A stretch of DNA of 64,000 nt, from the NCBI GenBank assembly GCA_038496445.1, contig JALMLS010000276.1, forward strand, positions 29,868 through 93,867, written 5' to 3'. The position numbers and the translations under genes were made by a program. Position 1 is the first letter of the stretch; each line of letters opens with the position of its first letter. This document shows positions 47,701-58,376 of this stretch, piece after piece. This stretch comes from Trichosphaerium sp. ATCC 40318. Lineage: Eukaryota; Protista; Tubulinea. The notes under the pieces were generated by a model, which ran no database searches, was not told the DNA's origin, and worked only from the letters and a program-made list of their open reading frames with translations.

Positions 47701-48830
47701 TATTGTAACTGGTATGAAATCTCTTATTATCAAACAATCACGTTTTTTCTGATGTTTTAAAGGCACTACAAACCTGAACGGCGGAGTTTATGTTAGGGGA
47801 CAAACTCATTATGATGGAGGCTTAACAACAACTTCTCTTGATATTCTTGGTCAAACAGCAAGCCTTAACTGCGATGGAAGTACGTATTTCTATACAAACA
47901 CACAAGCAAAAGCAGCTGTGTCATATAATTCTTCGAAGAAAAGCACAAGAATCCTTTTCAGGAAAAGACCTTTGTTTTTCATTGTTGACTAAATTATGAT
48001 AAGTGGCGACGTTCTCAGGTGGTGCTACAGTGAGCAGAGGATATATTACAGTTAGTTCCGATAACCCAAACAGTATAACAACGCAGGTATGTTGGTTAAA
48101 ATAAGTAAGATAAAAGTTTAAAGTATGATTTGTAGGGTGGAATAAACGCTATTTATGGAAGGGTTGCTGGTAGAGAACTTTGTATCCAAGATCAGTGCAG
48201 AAGCTATTGGGTGAAATTACTGAGCGAGAGAGATGCTATTGTATCACATGATGCTTCTCTAAAACCTGGAGAAGAAGTCTTGCTTAAAGTTGGAAAATTT
48301 GATAATCACGTGGTGTTGACTGCTTATATTCATCCTGTTGATGAAGAATCTGAAGGCGTTTTTGAGCACTCTTTCCTTCAAGTACGTTATAACTATAACA
48401 CTATCTTTATCCCTTTTTGGGACCATACAAGAAAATTTACAAAACAATCCAAGTGTTGGTATTGTTTTATTCCAAAAAACTTTTTGGCTTGCAGTTACAT
48501 GCCAAAACGTTTTTATCGAAGGTGGTAGTATATAAAGCTTGAATACAAGGCTCAGGGTGAATGATCCACCTTGGAGCAAGTATTTCTAAATACCCTGCTA
48601 CAGTTTCTTTTATGAAATTTTTTTTTTGATTCACGTGCTATTATAGGGCGTTTCTAGTAAAAAATCAAGTGAATCATCGTTTGGTGGAGAAAAGGTTAGA
48701 CAAGGTACAACTTGGATATCAGTTAGACGAAGGGACTCATTCACATCAAACCCAATGGCTATTAAAGTTGAAATCAAACAATCTACTGACTAACCTCCAT
48801 CAAAAAAATATCAAAAACCGAAAGCTGTGA
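44731..48830 (+). CDS. Type II membrane protein with a long Gly/Val/Thr/Asn beta-repeat (fibre-like) ectodomain, many exons
   Basis: Cytosolic N-terminus with a PLV motif, one TM helix, repeats like VNGGLEASNLTVDTHGLFNGDVTIEG, and an ELCIQDQCRSYW motif. The last exons are ambiguous. Confidence 0.7.
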
Positions 48831-49009
48831 TAATAAATAATTGAATACAACAAAGAATAACACTATGCTTTGAAACTTTACTTGTTTTATTAAATCTTTT
48901 AGTGTCTTTGTGTTTTCATTAATACCCAGGTACTCTTAGTCAACCCAAAGGGTATGCAGTAGGTATCTCAACATGTGCATATCCTTGTAATGTTAGTGGG
49001 TATTTTTTT

Positions 49010-49897
49010 TTATAAAACAATGAGGTTCGTTATGCCCAATGCCTCAATAGCTTTTGTTGGAAACTTATTCCCCACATCCATGCCCAGGCTTAGTGTTTTG
49101 AGAGAAGTCAAGTCTTTCAAACAATCACTTGTAAGTGAACGACAAAGATCAAGTGTCAAGTGTTCAAGATTAATCAATTTCTCGAACCCAGAGTCTGTAA
49201 TCTTGAAACAATTATGCAAACTTAACTTCTTGACATTGGTCAATGATTTAACTCCATCATCTGTTATTGGTGACCCATAAACTGAATCACCATAAATAGA
49301 AACAGTGTTTACACTACTAAGATGTTTGAGCCACGAGTCTTTTAGATCGCTGAGTGTAATATCAAGTACATCTTTGAGTGCCTTTATTCCTTCTTCACTA
49401 ATATTTAGACAATCAATAATATCAATTGTGTGTACACCTCTGAGTGCGATCAATGATGCATCTGTTATCTGTGTTTGTGACAAGTTAATGGTGTGAATGG
49501 TGTGCTTTCCTCCTTGTAGTAATGCAAGGATACCTGAGTCTGTAATATTTGTTCGAACCAGGCTTATTGATTTAACACCAGAAAGACAACACAACTCGTC
49601 AGGTGATAGATCCATATAACTACAAGAAATATACGTGTTTTTCAGAAGCGGGCTGCCTTTGAGTGCTGGCACATCTGATTGTGTTATTGAGAGGCGATCA
49701 AAGCCAATATTACAACGAATGATGTTATTAAACACGTGAGAAACTGCAGACGTCTTAATAAGGTGTTCTCTTTTTAATTGGTGTAGAATAAAGGTTAACG
49801 TCTCTGGTGGTAAATCTTCAAGTGATTTCTCTTTGTTAACTTGAGGACCGGATGTGTGAAGTTTGTTGGTTGCCATTGTATTATCTGTGCTTGTCAT
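49010..49897 (-). CDS. F-box/LRR protein (short type), intronless; close paralogue of 57170-58036
   Basis: LPPETLTFIL F-box, KGSPLLKNT, LRRs. Confidence 0.9.
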   Translation of the reverse strand: MTSTDNTMATNKLHTSGPQVNKEKSLEDLPPETLTFILHQLKREHLIKTSAVSHVFNNIIRCNIGFDRLSITQSDVPALKGSPLLKNTYISCSYMDLSPDELCCLSGVKSISLVRTNITDSGILALLQGGKHTIHTINLSQTQITDASLIALRGVHTIDIIDCLNISEEGIKALKDVLDITLSDLKDSWLKHLSSVNTVSIYGDSVYGSPITDDGVKSLTNVKKLSLHNCFKITDSGFEKLINLEHLTLDLCRSLTSDCLKDLTSLKTLSLGMDVGNKFPTKAIEALGITNLIVL

Positions 49898-50377
49898 CTT
49901 GTGAAGATTTGTTTATGTGGAGAATGTATCAAGAATTGAATTCATAGGAACTGAGATTATTTCAAGATATTTTAACTGAACAAGGACGGAGCAAGACAAA
50001 AGCGTTACGAGTTTTAATATGTTCAAAAATGAAGAAAATTCAATGCATACATCTGGTAAAATACCCTGTAGGAACGTGCTTTGTTTGTGGTAAAAATACA
50101 ATGAAGGGATTGCTCAAACAGGTAAGTTTAGCTGTTGTGGCTCATTGCTACTTCAGTACAAATTACATAAATTGAAACCATCAATCAATAAAAACAATCC
50201 ATTGTTTGGTTTATGTACTCGAAGTGAGGCTGAGAGGGTGTAGATTTTACAGAATTTTTAGTAATTGATGGTATTACGTTTTATTTCTTAAACAATTGCG
50301 GAGGGAATGGTAATGTGAAACTCACGTGATTTGACAATGTGTTTCAGTTACCTGATTCGTTTTATTTATGGTATTGT

Positions 50378-52603
50378 TTAACAATTAGATGTACATGTCA
50401 TCTTCACCATAACGACTCCATGTGAAGGTACGCTTGCTGAAAATGATCCAGAGAAGCTTCCTAGATCTTTTCTTGCCCATAAATCCCTTACAGTTGCTGT
50501 TGAACCAATCTTCAATCCGACATCCTTCCTATTTGAAAAAAAAAAATTAAAATCAATATCATTCGTCTTCTGAAAAACGCTTACCAGCTTGCTATTATCT
50601 TATCTGTTGATCCAGATCTATTGAATAAGATTACAGCGACTGATCCATCTGATAAAGGACCAGCCCATACTTCAAGATCAGTTGACATTTGATAATCAAG
50701 ACACATGCCCATTGACTTGAAATTACCATTTTCAAAAGACCATTGTTGATTTTTTCCACCATTACACTCGTATAGTTGTACATTTGGTCCTTGTGAAGTA
50801 CAATATGAGGCTACACGGAATTTATTGTTTGTCTATTCTTACCTTCAAAGTTGTAAACATCAATGCACTTATGAGGATCCATCGCTGAAACAATTGGTCC
50901 AGAACTACCAGACGAGAATTTTAAGTGAAATTCTTGATTTTCGTCATTATCGCATCCAGAGCCAACATGACATCCGTACATCTGAATATTAGTACCACTG
51001 GCATCCTAGGAATCGGGTCAAATAAATAAACACAATACATGACATACTTTGCAGTCATAGACGTCCAAACATTGACCAGAAGAAGACCGAATCGTATTAT
51101 CAGTCGCATTAATCGTCCACTGTTGTGTTTTACTCCCGTCACACTGATTAACTATTACGTTATCTGCACCTGCTTTTAAACCGTTTTGCATGTTCTTTAA
51201 TTGTTCAGTAGAGAGCGCTGAGTTGACTTTATGACCTTGAACACCTAAACTATCTTGACTGATGCCGATCACTTCAGGAGCCATCAAAATTTCTCTTGTC
51301 TCATTTGACATGTTTGTGATATCGGTACCAATAAGTAGAGGTGCCTTTGCAAGGCACCACAATGAGAAATGTGCTTTATACTCTTCAAAACTCATCCCAC
51401 CATTTCCAACTTCGAGCCTTGTGTTTTTTTTGTTAGTTTCGAAACCAAACTGTTTGAAGATTTTAACTGGCGTACATGTCTGGATCGTTCCACCCACCTG
51501 GCCCAGCGTATTTCCATACTCTATCATTAATGTCGATTCTAGATGTCATTGTACCCCTACAAAGGGAGGTAAGCGTATTTGAAAAGTGACTAAGCGAAAA
51601 AATAAAGTGAGACGAACCAGTTGTCTTCTATATCACCTGTAGTTCTCCAGGAATTACCAACCTCCATGGCCCATGTAGCAGGATCATCTTGGCCCCATTC
51701 GCACATGGAATCTATTAACGTTTGTTAACACAGCATTCTAGAATCGTTCGGTGGACGTACAGAAAATATGTCGAGATGTCTTGTTCAAAGCGTCTCTCAT
51801 TACTGGGTACCTACGATTGTATCACGTGATTTTCGTTTTTTTTATTATAGGCCACGAAGACTACCTTGTTTTTGGAGGTATATTATTGTTGTTGCAGTTA
51901 TCGTATTTCTAAACAAAAGTGAGGTAGATGCAAGAGAAGAGTACGTACCAAATAATCAACGCCCCAAGATGCGTAAGAATTTGCATCAGAAATTTCATGA
52001 TTAAGAGATCCAGGTCTTCCAGCGCATGTTTTAGTGCCGGCATCAGAGTAAAGACCAAATTTGAGACCTTTTGAATGCACTGTAGAGTGTCAAAACTAGC
52101 ACCGGAAAGTTTTTCTTTTACTAATGTACCGTAGTCAGCTAGAGCTTTTATACCACTTGGAAACGCTGTAGGATCAGGCTAGACCATTTATCAAAAACTA
52201 CTAGACAAACAAAAAACTCTCCCATACCTGAATATTCCCTTGAGCATCACGTGATCTAGCCCAACCTATTTAGAAAAAAAATCAGTTAGTAACACGTGAT
52301 TACAGTTAGAAAAAAGTATAAATGATAAAAAACGTCGTACAGTCATCCATGTTAACGTAGTTGTACCCTGCATCCTTTAACCCAGTTGACACAATGGCGT
52401 CAGCTGTTTTTTTAATCAAATCCTCGTTAATATTGCAGTGGTAGTGGTTCCTTACGTCCGTTTGTAAGTTATTTTTTTTCGCTTTATTTCATTTATTTGT
52501 CTCACCAGCTGTTCCACCCCATTTGTGGTGTTTTGCCTTCTCCATTATCTAACCCTGTTACCAAAGATACTGTAAGCAATAATAGAATAATTATTCGTTG
52601 CAT
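50378..52603 (-). CDS. Secreted GH27 alpha-galactosidase with a ricin-B (CBM13) lectin module
   Basis: [44 protein letters not shown] and [22 protein letters not shown] ricin repeats precede the C-terminal domain (EVWAGPL, VRDLW, VPSHG). Confidence 0.95.
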
Positions 52604-53475
52604 TGCCTCCAATTGAAGTTGTTTCTAGTTAGCTTAAGTTTCTCGAATCCTGACTAATCAGAAGTAGTTTAAATTAGATTGTCGTTACTTATCTACACAT
52701 CAAGGAACCCACAGCAGTCATTTTAACGTGCTTAATACCGGTTTGGAGCTTAATTAATTTATGTCGACCTGTATTTGAAGTGCTGAAATACGAATGGAAA
52801 TTTAGATACGTTCAGCAGTTGTATGTGAGATGATTAGAGGTAACGCGTGCTCTCCCCAGAATTTTATTTAACGGATCCTTAGCCAAAGTCTTGACAACAT
52901 CCGGAGCCTTCTCAACATTTTTTCAGAGCGGTATAAACCATACACAGCTGTACATAAAACGACGACTAAAAAAGGAAAAAACCTGGTCGGCGTTTTGCAA
53001 GTTCGGAACTTTGCTTTGTAATTTTTCATAATCACCAAAATCCCTGGCTGTCTACTGACAAAGAACGCCCTCGATGGGCTTTTACGAAGTGTTCCAAAGG
53101 CATTGACAAATAAGGAGCACTATGGTATGAGCTTAAGTGAAGGTACATTAAGTGAAGGTGTTTGCATACAAAACACTAGTTGCAAAAACAACAAGTCCGG
53201 TTTGGGAAATCTGAAGTTATTCTCATTTTTAAAGAAACAAGTTCCAACGCTATAAAATCTAATAACATGAAGTGTTTTAGCGTGATTTGCAGTCATTGTT
53301 TTTCGGCGCAACCCAAAAAGTCAACGGTTTTGTTTAAACACACATAACTCAGTATCAACACAAAGTATAGCATATCTAGGCTTACGCCAGCATAATTAGA
53401 AGTTAATAAGGTATTTTTCGCCGCTATCGTCTTTAAAAAAACGATTAGACGTCTTTTAACGCATGTTAGAGTACC

Positions 53476-54438
53476 ATGTCTCACCCAGAAACATCCTTTA
53501 TGCTAGATTTACCTCGCGAAATTCTTTGCGCCATTTTTGCACTTCTAGAGTCACCTTCAACGTTTAACGTATGCGCATCATGTTGGCTGTTCGCTAGTAT
53601 AATACGTAATAACGTTGGATACGGTAACGTGGCTCTTTGGTGCTCTGAAGACTATAACCAGTTCGTCAAGTATAAGTCTATGCTTAAAAACACAAGAGTG
53701 CGCATTGAAACACCTCTCATGTTGGAGGACATTGACATATCTTTGTTGGCTGGCATCCATACTATCGATTTATCTATTACCACAATCTCTGATAGTGGAG
53801 TTAAAGCATTAGCTGGGGTTCATAGTATTTGCCTATCACGTTGCCGTAACATATCTGATGAAGGTGTTAAATCATTGGCTGGAGTCCATACAATAGATCT
53901 TCGAAGAACTGTTGTAGGTGATGAAGGTGTCATTGCTCTTGCTGGAGTTCACACTATTTTTCTTGATCACACAAGTGTGTCAGATAAGGGGATTATAGCA
54001 TTAGCTGGAGTACATACTATGTCATTGATAGATTGTAATTACTCTCACAAGGGGATAGTGGCGTTAGCTGGTGTTCATACGTTAGTTTTGAAGAAAATGA
54101 TAAATTACAAAGTTGATTTTGTTATTTTTAACAAAACTTTAAAAGCCTTGGCTGGAGCACATACACTTGTGTTGAATGGCTCCGGTTGTATAATGGATGC
54201 AGGTATTGAGTATCTAACAGGAATTCATACATTATATATTGATCGATGCTCTTGTGTTAATGGACACGGAGTACAAGCGTTGGACGGGTTGTATGAGTTA
54301 AGCATTCAAAAGAACATCTCAATCAACGACTCTTCTTTGGATTACATGGCTGGTATTAAGATCCTTCATTTAAAAGACACTATGGTTACACCTGAAGGCG
54401 TAGGAGGTCTTAAGAATACTCATGTAACAGGTGTATGA
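53476..54438 (+). CDS. F-box/LRR protein, intronless
   Basis: LPREILCAIF F-box and LAGVHTI repeats. Confidence 0.9.
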   Translation: MSHPETSFMLDLPREILCAIFALLESPSTFNVCASCWLFASIIRNNVGYGNVALWCSEDYNQFVKYKSMLKNTRVRIETPLMLEDIDISLLAGIHTIDLSITTISDSGVKALAGVHSICLSRCRNISDEGVKSLAGVHTIDLRRTVVGDEGVIALAGVHTIFLDHTSVSDKGIIALAGVHTMSLIDCNYSHKGIVALAGVHTLVLKKMINYKVDFVIFNKTLKALAGAHTLVLNGSGCIMDAGIEYLTGIHTLYIDRCSCVNGHGVQALDGLYELSIQKNISINDSSLDYMAGIKILHLKDTMVTPEGVGGLKNTHVTGV

Positions 54439-54513
54439 ATGTAACTTAAGTCAATAAACATTGAAATATGCTGACTTTTTGCAATATTTTTGAGCGTTAA
54501 CACAAAAAGAAGC

Positions 54514-56828
54514 ATGAGGCGATTGGTTTGCGTTTTATTATGTTTTGTTATTTATCACGTGATATCAGCTGATCCAACTTGGTGTGGTAAACACTATCAA
54601 GCGCCAGGTCCGTATGTGCCGTTTCCTAGGCCGTTGGATGACAAGGCGATGATTGTTACGCCTGGTAAGTCCGATGAATCGTTTTAAACCGTAAAGTCTG
54701 ATTCACGTGTTCTAAAGGGTTACTACCGTACGACAGAGAAACTGAGGGTCATATTGTCGCTACTATTAAAGAAGATTTACCTAACTTTCCTTACACTTTT
54801 CGTGGCGTTATAGAAGGTCAAGCAGGTGAAGTTCTGGTCGAGGTTAGTTTTTTGCCGTATCTTATTTTTTCCTTTTTGGTTTGTCTTACTCTGGATAGAC
54901 TCAAGTGAAAGCAGGCGGGAAGTTGTTTATACCATTCGACCTAAACAAGCTGACCATAAGCACAAAGAAAACTGATGTATCTTGTCAGCTGATTGAGAGT
55001 GATAGTATGACACCAATAGCAACAGAAACTGTACATTTATATCGTGTTCCGCATCGAGAGGAGACTGCCAAAGTAGACTACATGACTCACGGATACCTAG
55101 GTACGTTTTTCATCAACTCAATTTAAAATGTCAATACAAACAACCCACGTGATAACGTTTTTTTTTAAAGTTAATGATGAACCTTTCTTTCCTGTTGGCT
55201 ATTTCTATTCTTGGGATAACTACCTTTCAAAGAATATAACAATACTTGATCAGATGAAGCTTGATGGATTTAATGTCTTTCAAGCAAGACCTTCGCTCTT
55301 AGTAAGTACCCAATATAATCAAATATACATGTATAAACTGTATATTCATTCTTTTATCTAGCCTGAGAGCTTATGGGAACAGTTCATGAATAGAGCACAT
55401 GAGCTTGGTGCGAAGAATAAACCATAAAAAACTTGTTACTGATATTTGTTTAGGAATAAAAGTTCATTGGTCTCTTGAACACTACTATAAAGACCTCGAT
55501 CTAGTTAGGTATCATATCAATAGGTGGAAGGATCATCCTGCTATATTTGCATGGTAATATTACGCCAAAAACCAAGAGGGTTGTTAAGCTTCTGTTTGTT
55601 AGGTATACTGCTGACGAACCTGATGGTCCTGGCGTTGCTCCTTCTGTTGTCCTTGAAGCTCAAAAGCTTATTAAAGAACTAGACCCTTATCACCCAACAA
55701 CAGTTGTGTTGAATTGCCTAACATCAACACAAGCGTATTGGCACACAACAGACGTTTTAATGGCAGATCCTTATCCTATTGTTAGTTAAATGTTTTGAAC
55801 AAATTCCTCCTGACTTAATCTAGGGCGTTGACATGACTCCTTGTAATCTAACATACGGTGTATGTGGTTGCGATGATTGTATTGGTGATGTAACAGATGC
55901 CCCACACAGGTACAAAGAATAGAAGAAATATCAACGTACATGTGATATCGTGAATTCATTTTTTGTATAAAGAGTGGATATTTATCATGGTGACACGTTT
56001 AACACAAAGCCAGTGTGGATGATACCTCAGTCATTTGGTATTACGAGTTATTATTAATCATGTCCACAAAGCTAACATTCATCTTTATAGGTACCAGTGA
56101 GTGGTGGTCAACTCAACCAGATCCTAGTCAAGGCCGATACATGTCATACTCAATGATCGTTCATGGCAATGTTAATGGCTTTTTATATTTTATGAAAGGT
56201 TCTGCACCATCTGATGTGAATCCGGCTTTGTACATAGAGACATCTAAAATTGCAAAGGAGGTAAGAGAGCTCACAAAATATTTGACTCAAAGAAACAACA
56301 ACATTTGTATTCGGTGTTTTTTCCGCTTATTGATCTTTGTTTCTAGATGCCTGTTGTTTATCCTTTTATACTTCTTGGTGAAGATATACCCCTTGATGTT
56401 TATCCTAAAGATACAACAGAAGTATGGAAGATACCTTATGTTGATGCTAGGTGCGTTCTTAAAACGATAAAGGAGCATCAATGCTTTGTTTTATTCTTAA
56501 AATTTTCTTGTTTTTAGAGCATGGAAGGTGGGACATGAAGTAATGCTGATTGTAACAAACCCAACTGATACGAGATTTCCTTTCAAAATTACACTTCCAA
56601 TTCAAGTAGAGAACATAAGAGTACGTAAATAGGGAGGGAGTGGTGAAGCCTTCATTGAAAATACTTTGAAACTAATAGTTTTGTTTTTTTCAGAGATTGT
56701 TCACAACAGAAGATACACAAACAGATTTGGATGATGGTAACGAATTACAAGGAGACTTAATACCACTCGATGTACACGTATACTTAATGAATTCTCATGT
56801 TAACAATGAGGCAAAGATCTTAAAATAA
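54514..56828 (+). CDS. Secreted TIM-barrel glycoside hydrolase (clan A-like), multi-exon
   Basis: Signal peptide, WCGKHY, PFFPVGY, KDHPAIFAWYTADEPDG, DPYHP..VLNC, ADPYPI, YGVCGCDDC, KPVWMIPQSFG. Confidence 0.8.
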
Positions 56829-57169
56829 AACCCAAAAAAGTTGTTGGTTTGGTTTTTTGGTGTTATTAACTTACACTTTACAATGCTATTTACAGGAGGT
56901 GTATGAATGCCAAGCGAACATTTCATGTTTTTCTTACTCAAGGTTAGTATAAGTAGCCGGGTGCCATGGCGTCATTGTTGTTGAAGAGTGGCAAGTAGCC
57001 ACAACAGCTAAGCTTGCGTGTTTGAACAATCCTTTATTGCATTTTTGCCATAAATAAGGCACCTTCTAAAGGGCTTCCCTAATAACATGAATCTCAGTCC
57101 TATGAATTCAATTCTTGATAATTCTCCAAACAAACAAATCTTCACAAGAGGGCAAGCACAGGTAATACG

Positions 57170-58036
57170 ATGGCAACCAACAAACTTCACACATCCGGTC
57201 CTCAAGTTAACAAAGAGAAATCACTTGAAGATTTACCACCAGAGACGTTAACCATTATTCTACGCCAATTAAAAAGAGAACACCTTATTAAGACGTCTAC
57301 AGTTTCTCACGTGTTTAATAACATCATTCGTTGTAATATTGGCTTTCATCGCCTCTCAATAACACAATCAGATTTGCCAGCACTCAAAGGCAGCCCGCTT
57401 CTGAAAAACACGTATATTGATTGTAGTTATATGGATCTATCACCTGATGAGTTGTGTTGTCTTTCTGGTGTTAAATCAATAAACCTCGTTCGAACAAATA
57501 TTACAGACTCAGGTATCCTTACATTACTACAAGGAGGAAAGCACACCATTCACACCATTAACTTGTCACGACAGATAACAGATGCATCATTGATCGCACT
57601 CAGAGGTGTACACACAATTAATCTTTGTGGTTGTGTGAATATTAGTGAAGAAGGAATAAAGGCACTCAAAGATGTTCATGATGTTACAATCAGCGATCCA
57701 AAAGACTCATGGCTCAAACACCTTAGTAATGTACACACTATTACTATTTATGGCAGGGCTTCACTTGTTGGACTACCAATAACGGATGATGGAGTTAAAT
57801 CATTGACCAATGTCAAGAAGTTAAGTTTGAATAGGTGTTGCCTGATAACTGACTTAGGGTTCAAGAACTTGATAAATCTTGAGCACGTGACAATTTATAT
57901 TTGTCCTTTACTAACACATGTTTGTTTGACATACTTGACTTCTCTCAAAACACTTAGCCTGGATTTTAGTATGAGGAATAATTTTCCAATAGAAGCTATT
58001 GAGGCATTAGGCATAAGGTTGCACATTGTTTTCTGA
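57170..58036 (+). CDS. F-box/LRR protein (short type), intronless; inverted paralogue of 49010-49897
   Basis: Near-identical N-terminal half and shared flanking UTR sequence. Confidence 0.9.
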   Translation: MATNKLHTSGPQVNKEKSLEDLPPETLTIILRQLKREHLIKTSTVSHVFNNIIRCNIGFHRLSITQSDLPALKGSPLLKNTYIDCSYMDLSPDELCCLSGVKSINLVRTNITDSGILTLLQGGKHTIHTINLSRQITDASLIALRGVHTINLCGCVNISEEGIKALKDVHDVTISDPKDSWLKHLSNVHTITIYGRASLVGLPITDDGVKSLTNVKKLSLNRCCLITDLGFKNLINLEHVTIYICPLLTHVCLTYLTSLKTLSLDFSMRNNFPIEAIEALGIRLHIVF

Positions 58037-58376
58037 AAAACCCATAGCATTACTACATGGACATATTGGATACCTGCGACATACCTCGAGTTGACTAGTC
58101 TTTAATGAAAACACAAAGAGAATTAATAAAAGAAAAAGTAGTTTATTAATAGCAAGTTGTAGTGTTCAATTATATTATCAACGCCACATGATGATAAAAA
58201 AAAATGAGCTGTTTTATGCAAAACACAATGTAATCGTGCTTTCAGCTGTGTTGTAATTTGTTAGAGTGGCATTGACACTAAAGTGTACAATCTGTAGAAT
58301 GGCGTCAATTGAGCCTCAACATTTAGTTTCTATGATGAAGAATGAAGTGATAAAATCACTTTTTTTATTATTTATC

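Noticed and set aside
48538-48580. In-frame TGA (48562-48564) as readthrough or selenocysteine
   Set aside because: Another frame with canonical splice sites is fully open, and TAA, TAG and TGA all act as stops elsewhere, so no recoding is needed.
2391-58036. Endogenous giant-virus region, suggested by virus-like intronless LRR genes
   Set aside because: No capsid, polymerase, packaging ATPase or other viral hallmark gene is present, and the LRR genes sit singly among ordinary spliced host genes.
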